From: Octopus bimaculoides
Lineage: Eukaryota
Direction of reading: 5' to 3'
DNA length: 64,000 bases
NCBI RefSeq assembly: GCF_001194135.2
Contig: NC_068988.1
Span: 42,310,654 to 42,374,653 of the forward strand
Of the stretch, positions 12,631-24,900 are shown piece after piece. A program made the position numbers and the translations under genes. Every line of letters starts with the position of its first letter. The first letter of the stretch is position 1. The notes beneath the pieces were generated by a model. It searched no databases. It was not told the DNA's origin and worked only from the letters and a program-made list of their open reading frames with translations.

Positions 12631-12860
12631 TGCTTGCATGGCTTAGACGGAATTTGTTGAGACAGATTTTTCTCTGGCCAGATGCAATACATCTTTGTGT
12701 GCACGCGCGTGGATGTGTGTGTATACATACGCACATGTGTATATTAGAGGTATACATAACTGTATACAAAGATGTATCGCATCTGCCCATATACAAAGAT
12801 GTATCGTATCTGCCCATAGAAAAATTTGTCTCAACAAATTCCATCTAATCCATGTAAGCA
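12631..12860. repeat. Inverted repeat in COPS5 intron 1
   Basis: 12631-12704 is inverted relative to about 12790-12860 (GGAATTTGTTGAGACA perfect). The right arm carries a 27-bp tandem duplication (12763-12789, 12790-12816). Confidence 0.8.
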
Positions 12861-12902
12861 CGAAAAAGTGACTATGTGTATGTACACATATATATATACA
12901 AT

Positions 12903-13168
12903 GAGCAAGTGTCTTCTACTCGGGCCAGCCAAAGACTTGTGAGTGGATTTGGTAGACGGAAACTGAAAGAAGCCTGTCGTGTGTGTGTCCTCCTCCCCGC
13001 CATCGCTTGACAACTGATGTTGACGTGTTTACGTCCCCGAAACTTAGCAGTTTGGTAAAAGAGACCGATAGAATAAGTACTAAGCTTATACAGAATAAGT
13101 CCTGGAGTCGGTTTCTTCGACTAAAGGCGGTGCTCCAGCATGGCTGCAGACAAATGACTGAAACAAGT
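12903..13168 (+). mobile_element. SINE type A, 5'-truncated, COPS5 intron 1
   Basis: Body and tail match the 1-373 copy. Confidence 0.85.
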
Positions 13169-13183
13169 ATATATGTATGTGTG

Positions 13184-13251
<68 letters not shown>

Positions 13252-13663
13252 ATAATATATATATATTGCCATATATTTTTATATAACACATATTACTCAT
13301 ACGTCGTATACATATAATACATGTTATATACATATAAACCCAAGATAATGCAATTTTTACACCAACACAACGAAATACCTCAAAGAATTTTATCTACTGC
13401 TCTAGCCATTTTAACCAAGTAACCCTTTAATATTAATTCTAACAAAGACACAAAGCCACAATTGCAGAGAACGATAAAATGAAAGAAACCCAATTTAATA
13501 CTTAATTGGTACTCTATTAAACGCTTCAAGATAAATAGAACACAAAGCTGACAACGGTAATACATTGAATACAGAACACAACGATTGCCAGGTTTGTTCT
13601 GCACTGCTTTGGCAGAATTTTTTTTGTTTTTATTCACGTTTAATATCGGTTAAAATTACTTAC

Positions 13664-13797
13664 TTTTTCTCCCATGGTTTTGCTGTGAGTATATCCTGCT
13701 GTTGTTTCTTGTCGTACCGATATATTTCGTCAACACTGCTCACCGTTTCCACACTATTCTGCAGACACCAAGTCTTGTGTGATGTTTCGGCATCCAT
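13664..13797 (-). CDS. COPS5: COP9 signalosome subunit 5 (CSN5/JAB1), coding exon 1
   Basis: ATG at 13797 reads [44 protein letters not shown]+AA, matching the CSN5 N-terminus (human KTWELANN...[21 protein letters not shown]). GTAAGT donor at 13663. 134 nt, phase 2. Confidence 0.96.
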
Positions 13798-13799
13798 GT

Positions 13800-13900
13800 T
13801 TACTTCTCCTAGCGGTGGTCGTCTCACATCCAATTACTTCCGCTGGCAAGAGGAGATAACCTCGTAGAAAGTCTACGAAAATTGCCAAATCATGTAATAA
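13800..13900 (-). promoter_or_regulatory. COPS5 5' UTR/core promoter
   Basis: CpG-retaining segment immediately upstream of the ATG, with an ETS-type GCGGAAGT motif (13836-13843, minus strand). TSS not determinable. Confidence 0.5.
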
Positions 13901-16019
13901 GTATTATGTTATTATATTCGTAGTCGCTAAACCTCTTTCTGAAATTACACCTTTCTGTCTTATAAAAATAATCTTTTCTACTTACTATAAGCACAAGGCC
14001 TAAAACTTTGTGGGGAAGATTCTAATCGATTTCATCGACTCCAGTGCTCAACTGGTATTTATTTTATCGAACATTAAAGGATAAGAGACCAAAGTCGACT
14101 TCGGCCGAATTTGAACTCAGAACGTAAAGACAGACGAAATGCCGCTAAGTATTTTGTCCAACATGCTAACGATTCATCCATCTTACTATCTTTATCTTAC
14201 AAAAATAACACATATTATAATGTTTTTCTAAATATCCCTCCTGAAAACACATGATCATTATTGGAAGAGTTTTCATCATAAATGAAAGACACCACTGACT
14301 TGGAGCTAAAGCATAACAAAGACGAGGGAGCCAGTATGTCTGAGTGCTTGAAATAGCACTCAAATCGTACCCTACTGTTGTAAGTGGAAGGACGTGTTTA
14401 ATATTGTAGTCTTTGACATATCTCTAAGAAGAATGCGTAATCACGGCTGGATTACATTTGATTATAAATCTATTCAATCAGGTCTGACAACACTGATTGA
14501 CAAAATGACAGAAAGTAGATACATTTTGATATCTTGTAATGTATATCAGACATATGGCTACATATTAAGAAGGATGGATAGAGTCAATTAAGTTAACCCT
14601 GTTTTGTGACTGGTACTAATTTTATTGATCCTGGACTGAGTGGTGAATAGTTAATTCGATCTCAGAGGTATTGGAATACAGAAGGTAAAGGGACGTAACT
14701 AAATACATGACATTTTGACAAGCAGATGCGCTGACAAATGCACAGAATATTAAATATATTGAATTTAATAAATGATAATTTCTATTGTAGGTATAAACCT
14801 TTATTTATAGAAATCCTTCTCTACGTTTGTTATTTTATCAGATTTATTTTATTAACTGGATTTACTAATTTTTCATAGATGAGTTCTCTGCAAGTGGTAC
14901 CAGCCTAACGTAAAAAAAAAAAACATAGAAAAGGTGATAGTGAACATTAGCGTACCAAATTAATTATAATGTTAAAGGAAAGCAATTTAATTATTTTGTT
15001 GGCTTGTCCCCTCTTTGATTTTAATACTTTTTCGTAGTTGATCTCTTTACAAGTAGCAGCATTCTAACGTAGGAAGAAAAGAAAAGTAGCACAAAGGGCG
15101 ATAGTGAATATTAAGGGTATCAAGTTAATCACCATATTAGAAAGAAACAGCTTGGATGTTTGTGTATATGTTTTGTCATTGGATCCCAGTCGTCAACCCA
15201 GAAATATATGAATCTGTTGTGGGATTAGACGAAAGTAACTGTTTACCCAGAAAATATGTAAGAGGTCAGAAGGCCACTGAGTTTTTGAAGAAACAGTTTG
15301 AAAGGTCTTAATGAACTTGTATATGTTGTTGAAAATGAAGTTCTCATTAATCAATATGCTCTGATTATTGGTGACATTCTTATGGTGAAATACAGTTCTT
15401 ACTACATGCATTTGATCCATTATATTGTGAATCATTAGAATTTTGCTAATCATCATCTACAGACAAACTATTGAGTCCTTTTGATCTCATACTGAGAAAA
15501 ACCTGAAACAAATGAACAGTACATCAGAAGATTATTTGATAAATTACTTGAATGCTAGTACATACTGATATGCAATGACAAATGATAGTAACTGAACATT
15601 CGAAAAACAATTCTTATTGTTAAACATGAACAATGTGTTCATTAACTATTTAGCTATATCATTGATTTGCTTTTGTTCATTAAACATATAATTTTAGGAT
15701 CTTTGTAAAATATACACCTATTTTAATAAACTGATTTCTAATTTGCTTTAAAGTTTGAGAGAAGAAGCGGTTGATTAGTTCTGTATTTGATTGGTATTTA
15801 TTTCATTGACCATAAAAGGAAAAGATGCAAAATTACCTAGGCAGGAATTTAACTCAGAAGGTAAAAAAGATGTAATTATAGCATTCACTCAATCTCAGAT
15901 TCAGATAAATTATATTAAATATTGGTTTCAAATTTTAAGAAAAAGACCCAGTAAGCCAAGTGAAATTGTAGCTGTGGCCGATACTAGTGTCACATAACTG
16001 GCCCATTTAAAAGTACCCT

Positions 16020-16445
16020 TCAATCATCGACCAATATACTGTGCTTGAGAAGACCTGTTCAGTCAAGTGAAATCATTGTCATGGCCAATACCAGTGCCAC
16101 CTGATTGGCTCCTGTGCCAGTGGCATGTAAAAAGCACTATTTGAGTGTGGTCGATGCCAGTATTGCCTGACTGGCTCACATGCTGGTGGCAAGTAAAAAC
16201 CATCATTCAAGCATGGTCAATACCAATGCTTCCTGATTGGCCCCCCATGCCGGTGGCACATAAAAAGCACTCACTACATTCTCTGAGTGGTTGGCATTAG
16301 GAAGGGCATCCAGCTGTAGAAACCTTACCAGAACAAATTGGAGCCTGGTGCAGCCTCCTGGTTTGCCAGTCTTCAGTCAAACTGTCCAGCCTATGCCAGC
16401 ATGGAAAACGGATGTTAAATGATGATGATGATGATGATGATGATG
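16020..16445 (+). mobile_element. 5'-truncated RTE 3' UTR copy with (GAT)n tail
   Basis: Shares its 5' segment with the UTR of the 63478 RTE. Repeated GCCAGT/GGCACGTAAAAGCAC modules, GGAAGGGCATCCAGCTGTAGAAAC core, (GAT)n tail. Confidence 0.8.
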
Positions 16446-16617
16446 CAGCCATAAGGTCTGACAAGACATTGTAAAGCTAAATGCTTTATGGACATGAAAC
16501 CCTGGGTAACCCTATAAACTGGCTATAACTTATCTTTATCTAAATATTCTACTGCTCTATAATTTATAGTGGACTAAATATATATATATGTATATATATA
16601 TCGTCAGCGTATCATAT

Positions 16618-17020
16618 ATATCATCATCATCATCATCATTGTTTAACATCCCCTTTCCATGCTAGCATGGGTTGGACGATTTGACTGAGGACTGGTGAAC
16701 CAGATGGTTACACCAGGTTCCAATCTGATTTGGCAGAGTTTCTACAGCTGGATGCCCTTCCTAACGCCAACCATTCCGAGAGTGTAGTGGGTGCTTTTAC
16801 GTGCCACCAGCACTAAGGCCAGTCAGGCGGTACTGGCAACAGCCACTCTCAAAATGGTGTATTTTACGTGCCACCTGCACAGGAGCCAGTCCAGCGGCAC
16901 TGGCAACGATCTCGCTCAAATGATTTTTCACATGCCACCAGCACAAGTGCCAGGAAGGCGATGTTGGTAGCGACCACACTCGAACGGTGCTCTTAGCGCT
17001 CCACTGGTACAGGTGCCATA
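16618..17020 (-). mobile_element. Young RTE 3' UTR copy, tail-to-tail with the 16020 copy
   Basis: Reverse complement of the same family; (CAT)n at the left end; CpGs retained. Confidence 0.85.
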
Positions 17021-17037
17021 GATATCATCAGTGTATC

Positions 17038-17078
<41 letters not shown>

Positions 17079-17782
17079 TAGAGGGTCAAGGGGATTAATT
17101 GAATGATTAAACAATCGATTAGTTAATTGGTTAAGTAGTCAACCAATAGACANNNNNNNNNNNNNNNNNNNNNNNNNNNNNNNNNNNNNNNNNNNNNNNN
17201 NNNNNNNNNNNNNNNNNNNNNNNNNNNNNNNNNNNNNNNNNNNNNNNNNNNNNNNNNNNNNNNNNNNNNNNNNNNNNNNNNNNNNNNNNNNNNNNNNNNN
17301 NNNNNNNNNNNNNNNNNNNNNNNNGTGTATGGCTTTTTCAAATAAATTACGTAGCAATCTTCTCTAACTACAGTTATCATATTCGGTTAAAATGTCTTAT
17401 GGTTAAGCTGGTTCCTATGTATTTCCCTGAAGAGAAGATTACATCCTTATCAACATCACCTATTCCTATGGAAGGTATAATTTGTAATCTTCGAAACATA
17501 TGTTGGAAATAAAAGAATTCATTTAACATATGCGTTTTACTCCAGTTACTAAATTTATATATTTACTCAAGTACCCAAAATAACAAGGAGTTTCTACCTC
17601 ATAAACAGGAGTTACACCACAGTCATTTTGTGATCTTTGCTACCCTGGTATCTATTAACCAATTTATTTTGTCCGAGTTAATTATTAACTTAGAGAAAAT
17701 AAATACATATAATAAAATATATATATATATGTGTGTGTGTGTGTGTATGTATAGCAGCATCAGCACTAAGCAGTGATGAAGA

Positions 17783-17968
17783 ATGGACTTTAGGTTAGTT
17801 AAAATATGCTTGTGATATATTTTAGTGTCTTAAAGGCAAATTCACTGCAGTTACTGCAGTAAAAAAATTATACCATGAGAGAATTTTTGTCTCCATGTTA
17901 ACTGCAGTGAATTTGCCTTTAGAAGTTAAAATATGTCACAAACATATTTTAACTAACAAAAAGTTCAT
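17783..17968. repeat. 186-bp palindrome (MITE-like) with nested hairpins
   Basis: 17783-17853 is inverted relative to 17899-17968 (TAAAGGCAAATTCACTGCAGTTA is perfect). The right arm contains the sub-hairpin GTTAAAATATG-N7-CATATTTTAAC. Confidence 0.85.
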
Positions 17969-18439
17969 GTGTGTGTGTGTGCATTGCTAGGTTTCTTTCC
18001 TTGGCATTTTGCATAGTTCAGCCTACACAAGTGAATGTGTGATAAACAAAATAGAAATTTTGAAAGAAGTCACTCTGAAATTAGTTTTTAAGCATCAAGT
18101 GGCAATGGAGGTCCACCAGAATAGAATAGTAATCAAAAGGGTCTGTAGATAAAAAATGGTTGAGAATTGCTGGTTTAGTTGATCATATTGAACATAGTTG
18201 AACATAAATTCATGTACAAACACAGCCACACGCAAAACGTGTGTATGTATGATAAGCTTCGAATCAGTTTCTGCCTAGCAAATTTTACTCATAAATCATT
18301 AGTCAGCTGTAGCTGTATAGTAGAAGACACTTGTCCAGGTATCATACAGGTACACTGAACCCAGGTAAGATGATTGAGATCTTGGACTGATGCTTTCTTC
18401 TAATTTTTAAAGGCACAGGTTGCTCTAAAAGGTTGATGG

Positions 18440-18790
18440 ATTTGATGTAGACAAATAGAAAGACAAGATCAACATCTTTAATCAATTAGAAATCAAACTA
18501 GGTGGGGGTCTTGCGAGCATTGGATGTGGTGCTCACATGTGCACTAATGTCTCCAAACAGCTGTTGGAGATTTTATTTCCACTTCATATCAGAGCACTTA
18601 CTGTGAGAAATTAAAAATTTTTTCACATACTTCCATTCATGTGACACAGCTAGATGAATCTTGCAACTTTGAGCATTATGAAATGGTAATGCTAGACTTT
18701 TGCCAATGTTACAAGCAGTTGGAAAAAAAATTATTTACATTCTTTTGGCTTGAAATCTTACATTTGTTCTCAAATTTTTTTGAAAATTGT
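18440..18790 (+). mobile_element. Degraded hAT-type transposase fragment
   Basis: NIFNQLEIKLGGGLASIGCGAH (CxxH motif) and downstream GNARLLP...GLKSYICSQ across shifted frames; recognised by eye only. Confidence 0.5.
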
Positions 18791-19514
18791 ATTCATCTGC
18801 TGGTACTATGTAAAAAGCACATTCTGTAAAGTGGTTGGTGTTAGGAAGGAAAACAGCTGTAAAAGTCATGCCAAAGCAAACAGTGGAGCTCGACAATTTT
18901 TTGTGTTTTTTTTGCTCTTCACCTCTGGGAGGCAGGAATCTGTTACAGTCATTTGATCAAAGAATCACCAAAGAATAAATACTCCAGGGTCAGAAGGACG
19001 GATTATCTCCCTTAGACCAGTTCATCTGGGCCAAATGAGGGGGGAACAGGGGATTTTCCCCTTGTGCTATTTTTAGACCATAAGGACCCTTCTGGATCTA
19101 ATTGGAGGATAAGGAACCCCATGCTTGCAGCAGGTAGCGTTTGAAATGGATGCAAGAATTGTAAATTTCCTGGTGAGTATTCAGTGATAGAAGTTTTAGG
19201 AAGTTTTTGAGTATCCTTACTCGCTCAGCTATGTAAAGCTTGCAGTATTTGCTCTTGTTAATGTAGGGTCCTGGCCACATTATCCTTCACATGATATTCA
19301 ATATTATACAATATCCTTCATGTGATATTGTATTGGGTCCCTTCAACACTGAGGTGCCATACATGATTGGCTAGAGATGTGACAAATAATCTTTCCAGAA
19401 TTCTGAAAGTGGATCTGTGGTTGTACAGGTGCCATTTGAAGACCTAACAACTGCTACCATGGAAGATGGACATTAAATGATGAGGATGGTATATATATAT
19501 AAGATATATAATAT

Positions 19515-19760
19515 ATTTCCAAGCAGTCACCCATGCATACCGGCCTCTCCTCTCCACGCTACCAGTGTTGTCCAAGGGAAAGGCAAAGGCCGATACAGCT
19601 TGGTACCAGTGACATCGCAACGCATTTCTACAGCTGAGTGAACTGGAGCAACGTGAAATAAAGTGTCTTGCTCAAGAATACAACACGCAGCCCTGTCCGG
19701 GATTCGAACTCACAACTTCACGATCGTAAGCTCGTCGCTCTAACCATTGAGCCATGCGCC

Positions 19761-19762
<2 letters not shown>
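19515..19762 (-). mobile_element. tRNA-derived SINE type F (V-domain-like); degraded copies at about 42620-42790 + and 63200-63365 -
   Basis: Head GGCGCATGGCTCAATGGTTAGAGC...GAGTTCGAATCCC (A and B boxes) followed by TTCTTGAGCAAGACACTTT...GTTGCTCCAGT. Confidence 0.8.
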
Positions 19763-19808
<46 letters not shown>

Positions 19809-19877
19809 ATGCATAACACACACATATATAAATACATATTTAAATATTTATGTATATATATGTGTGTGTGTGTATTT

Positions 19878-20290
19878 TATTTCCTTCCCAACCACATGGT
19901 TCTGGGTTCAGACCCACTGTTTGGCACCTTGGGCAAATGTCTTCTACTACACCTTTGGGCCAACGAAGGCCCTTGTGGGGATTTGGTAGACAGAAATTGA
20001 AAGAATCCCGTTGTACACACACATACATATGTATGAATATATTTACGCATTCATGTATGTATGTGTGAGTGTGTGTATATGTCTTTGTATCTGTGTTTGT
20101 CCACCACCACTTGAAAACAGGTGTTGGCGTGTTTACGTCACTTATAATCTAGCGGTTCGGCGTAAAAGACCGATAGAACAAGTACCAGTCTTCAAAAATA
20201 TTAATAAGTACTGCAGTTGATTTGTTCGACTAAAATTCATCAAGGCAGCTCCCCAGCATGGCCGCAGTCTAATGACAGAATGAAGCAAAA
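19878..20290 (+). mobile_element. SINE type A abutting the ARFGEF promoter
   Basis: CCAACCACATGGTTCTGGGTTCAG head through CCCCAGCATGGCCGCAGTC tail. Confidence 0.85.
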
Positions 20291-20319
20291 GATAGACGAT
20301 ATAAACACACTGGCCGAAT

Positions 20320-20480
20320 CGTTGTTGTTCGGCTGAAGTTCCTAGTGCGTGTTGAACGTGAACGTCGGGGGCCGGCCGAGTCAGCTAGACGTCATATGCT
20401 ATCTCAGTGATCACGTGTCAGTGTTTATGATGGCGGCGGAGGGTAGCAGCAGAAGAAGCAGCTAAGCCGGAGCTGGAGTT
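20320..20480 (+). promoter_or_regulatory. Probable ARFGEF promoter/TSS region
   Basis: Most GC/CpG-rich patch of the region: CRE-like AGACGTCA, E-box TCACGTG (about 20411-20417) and YY1-type ATGGCGGCGG (20430-20439), followed by a purine-rich leader. Confidence 0.55.
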
Positions 20481-21776
20481 GGTGGGAGATATATACATAC
20501 ACACATAGACACAGAGGGGAAAAAAAAGCAAAAAGAAATCCCAAACAATCTGCAGACACCCAACAAACATTATATAACTACATATAATTTATCAATATTC
20601 TGCTTAGCTTATATATATATACGTATAAATATATCCACATATACTGAAATATATACACCTACCTAATCTCACTAACTCAGTTGTTACTTTACCTGACTGG
20701 ATATTGTGAATTACACGAATATATATTTTTTTTCTGTTAACTTTCTACCACCTACGGAAAACACCTTAGCCAGGAAGAAGACGACTGTTATTAACTATTA
20801 TTGTTATTATTATTATTATTATCTCTCCCACTTAGAAGCGGATATCACATATCTATATACATATACACATATACCTATATATATATATATTGTGTGTGTG
20901 TATGTATAACAGGGAGTGTGAAGAAGAAAACAGATAAACCGAAATTAAAAAGAAAATTCAACTGCTGCTACTACATATTAGATTAGGGAAGAGAGGGCGA
21001 AGAGAAACGGCATATAGTTATATCTATATATTTTTATAATTCTGAGTACCTACATAAACACGTACGTGAGTATATACATATGTACCGATTTCCTGTCCAC
21101 ACACACCCGTATATAACATCTACATGCGCATACCTGTAATTATCTTTCTGTACACACACACACACATTACATATCTATATTCTACATACCCGCATGACTA
21201 TAGATACTACATTTCAACAGAAACCCTCCGTTCCTATCTATATATCTATCTATCTATATTCTACACAGGCTATACGTATACGCATTCAGTATATCAAAGC
21301 AATCATATAAACGTATGCAAATACAAGTAACACACCTGTATGTCTTCACACACACACACACATGTATATTCTGTATTATCCATTCATTCTATATATACAC
21401 ACCTTTTGTTCATATGTTCAACTCATTTGAACAAATTCGTATACTTAACACACCCATTCGTAGGCATATTCTATCTATCTATCTATCTATCTACATACAG
21501 GTTTGCAGTCTGCTGCATGTCGTCTACGTACGCAACAAGAACTATAGGAACAACAATACTAAATCTATCCATCCACATAGTTTCCGATCGGGATCTTCCT
21601 CTTTCGTCATCATCATCATTATTCTCTTCACCACCACCACCACCAGCAAGCCAGTTCAATGTCATAACGGCCAACACCAATGCCCAACATCTTTACACCA
21701 TCAAGTACCTAGTAAGACCATTACTATTTTCATCGATGTCGTATCTTCCCAAATATCGGCCAGCTTCTTCTGAATT

Positions 21777-21900
21777 ATGCATGATACAGAAAAAGTAAAA
21801 GCCATGTTTTTAACCCGAGCACTTGAGAAAATCTTGGCTGACAAGGAAATCAAAAAGACATATCACACCCAGTTGAAGAAGGCCTGCGAAGTAGCACTCG
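21777..21900 (+). CDS. ARFGEF1: Brefeldin A-inhibited Arf guanine nucleotide exchange factor (BIG1/BIG2 co-orthologue), coding exon 1
   Basis: ATG at 21777 reads [41 protein letters not shown]+G, matching the human BIG1 start ([41 protein letters not shown]). G|GTACGT donor; 124 nt, phase 1. Downstream exons not recognised in the window. Confidence 0.95.
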
Positions 21901-24900
21901 GTACGTATTGATTATTTGTTTTATTTGCGGTGCCCTTGTGGTAAATAAAGAAATCGCTATCATCATCATCATCATTATTATTATTACTCTTATTGTTGTT
22001 GTTTTACCTTTTTTACCTTCTGGATTCCTATTTACCGGAGTTGATTTTTGCCTTTCTTCCTTCCGGCGTCGATAACATCTGTGCGAGTCTGTGCCCCACC
22101 CCTCAAAATTTGTGGCCTTATGCCCAATTTCGAAATAATTGGTATTATTATCATCGTCCTTGTGGCAAATAAAGAAAATATAATGGTTTCCTTCAGGTAT
22201 TTTTTGTTCAAATTTCATCGGACCCAACTTAGCTTTTCATTCTTCCGGTATTGGTAAAACAAGCCCCAGACAAATACTAGTTCGATTTACTCGACTATAC
22301 ACCCTCCCACAAAATGCTTTGTCTTGTTCCTGTTAAAAAGCAACCACCACTGCATCATTATTGCAATTATTAATCTCTACATTCTAGGTTCAAATTCTGC
22401 CAGGTTCGACTTAGCCCCCTCCACTCGTCTAATCACTGAGATAAGCCATTGAAGTGTACTGAAATCTATTCAGTCGTTTATAAACCTCCCTCTGTAAAAG
22501 TTGTCCTTGAAATCTCCGACTCTAGTCGTAAAGCACTGGACTAAATCCCTTACTACATTTCGTTCACGTCCTGACTGGTACGATTTCGTTTTACTGTTGT
22601 TTAACCCCAAGTTAGCTTTAATCGAGCAGACGTATGCTTTGAAGCATTCCATCTGATTACACCGTTATATATATANNNNNNNNNNNNNNNNNNNNNNNNN
22701 NNNNNNNNNNNNNNNNNNNNNNNNNNNNNNNNNNNNNNNNNNNNNNNNNNNNNNNNNNNNNNNNNNNNNNNNNNNNNNNNNNNNNNNNNNNNNNNNNNNN
22801 NNNNNNNNNNNNNNNNNNNNNATATATATATATATATATATATATCATTATAAACGAAGAAAAGCTCTGTAATAAATTATTGCTGGGATTGCAGACTCAA
22901 AGAGAGAGAGAGAATTATCGGAATATTGCAGTGAAATCGACTTTACTTTTTATCCCTCGGGGGATGGTATTAAGTCAAGTACAACGTCTGTCCCAATATT
23001 TCTAGCCTTGAAGCTATTAATATTATCGGCACTGAGCTGACAAATCAGTAGAGAGGCGGACAAAATGACTTTCAATATTTAACTTGGTGACTACACGTCA
23101 CATAAACAATGTCTTGCCTTTAACCCAACCCGGAGTCGAATTAATTCTCTATTGTGTCAGTTTAATTGACTACACACCTTGTGTCCACTTTAGGAAATCA
23201 TTAATTACCATTATTGTTACTTATTGCGCTTTCGTGTCAATAAGGGTGTGAGTTCTCGATAAAAGGACCCGTGATATACCGGATCCGATGGAAGCATTTA
23301 AATTACACGCCCCCTTTTCTTGACAGTAAACAACCGTTGTTGCAGGTGAGGAGTTGATTGGCTGAGTCACTAACGTACCTTTGCACTGTACAGTTAAGTC
23401 CCTTTACGTTTCGAGTTCAAATTCAGCTGAGGTCAATGTTTACTTTATATCCATTAGTACGATGATGGGGGAAGGGTGATAATTGCAGACGTGTAATGTG
23501 GGGTGGGCCTTCATGCAAGATTGAAAGCTGTCACCTACATAGTCTACATAGTTTAGGGGATTTGTGTCAATGTAAGTCATCAAAACAATTTTTTTTGGAG
23601 GCCATTTGGGGCAGTGGATGGCGGAATAGGTATTTAGTTATGGCCTTACATTCTGAGTTGAAATCGTGCAGAGGCTTATTTGTCTTTCATCCCTTTAGGG
23701 GCTGATCAAATAAGTTACAAATCGAATAGTGGTGTTGATTTGTATAAATATTTGTGGTCTTGTTCTATATAAGAAATGATTATCATCACTTTTTAGTGAG
23801 TTTAAATCTGTAGTTTTATGGCTTGCAAAGTTTTCTGAAAAATTTTATCCCCTCAGTGAACCTACGAAGCAGTTTCACTTATGTTTGCAGAAAGGCATGA
23901 ATATCCCAGATTCCTTGTATCTTTTGTCTTACAAAAATATTGCTTTAAATATGTATGTAGACATGGGCTGTGGTTAAGAAGCTCACTTTGCCACCATGTA
24001 ATTTTGGGTTCAGTCCCACTGCACATCTTGAAGTGTTTTTCTACTATAACCTCAGGGTGACCAATGGCTTGTGAGTGAATTTGATTGATGGAAACCTCTG
24101 CAGAAGCCCATTGTATGTATGTATGTATGAATATGTATATATGTGTGTGTGTGTTTGTCCCATATCCACCGTTTGACAATCAGTATTGTTTACATGCCTG
24201 TAACCTAGTGGTTCGATGAGTTTGACTAAAACCCTTCAAGGTGGTGCTCCAGCATGGCTGCAGTCCAATGACTGAAACAAGTAAAAGGTAGACGGTATAT
24301 CGTGATATACATATAGAAGTTATATTTGTATTTTTAATTTAGTCTAGAACAGTGATGCAGGACATGCTCCAGATGGAGCACATCTACTCTTAAGTCTTTA
24401 GTTAGCTACACAATGGGACTGAACTTGAAACCATGTGGTTGGGAAGTGAAGTTCTTAACCACACAACTATTATGGGCATACATACTTGTTAGTGACATCA
24501 CAAAGGTAGTGTCTTTACGTGGTCACTAGACCTGTTAGAAAAAGCAGCTAAGTTTCCCTTGAATATCACCTTATCATAGAAAATGGAAAGATTGGATAAT
24601 ACAGCCCCTGAAAAACTCTGAATAAAAATATTAGGGTGGTCATTGGTTGGAATATCTTGCCTCATAAATACAGCTGATTTGGCTCTAAGCATCACTATCA
24701 TAATAATCATCAGTTGTGTGTTGATGAAACAACATTGGAATCTCTACATGGTCATTTGACCTACTGTTAGGTCACCTTCAAATTACATCCCTATCATCTT
24801 GAGAAAGGAAAGGGCATGTTGAATTATGTAGTCTTACATACTTCTGAAAAGATGGGATTTTCATGGTGAAATTGCCTTCAGTGATAGGCCTGCTGGATCA

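Noticed and set aside
19690-19762. tRNA-like sequences with A and B boxes (also the heads at 52041 and 57414)
   Set aside because: They are SINE heads continuous with SINE bodies and lack a complete acceptor stem; not tRNA genes.
13798-21776. CSPP1 between COPS5 and ARFGEF, as in human
   Set aside because: No CSPP1-like exon could be recognised in this interval.
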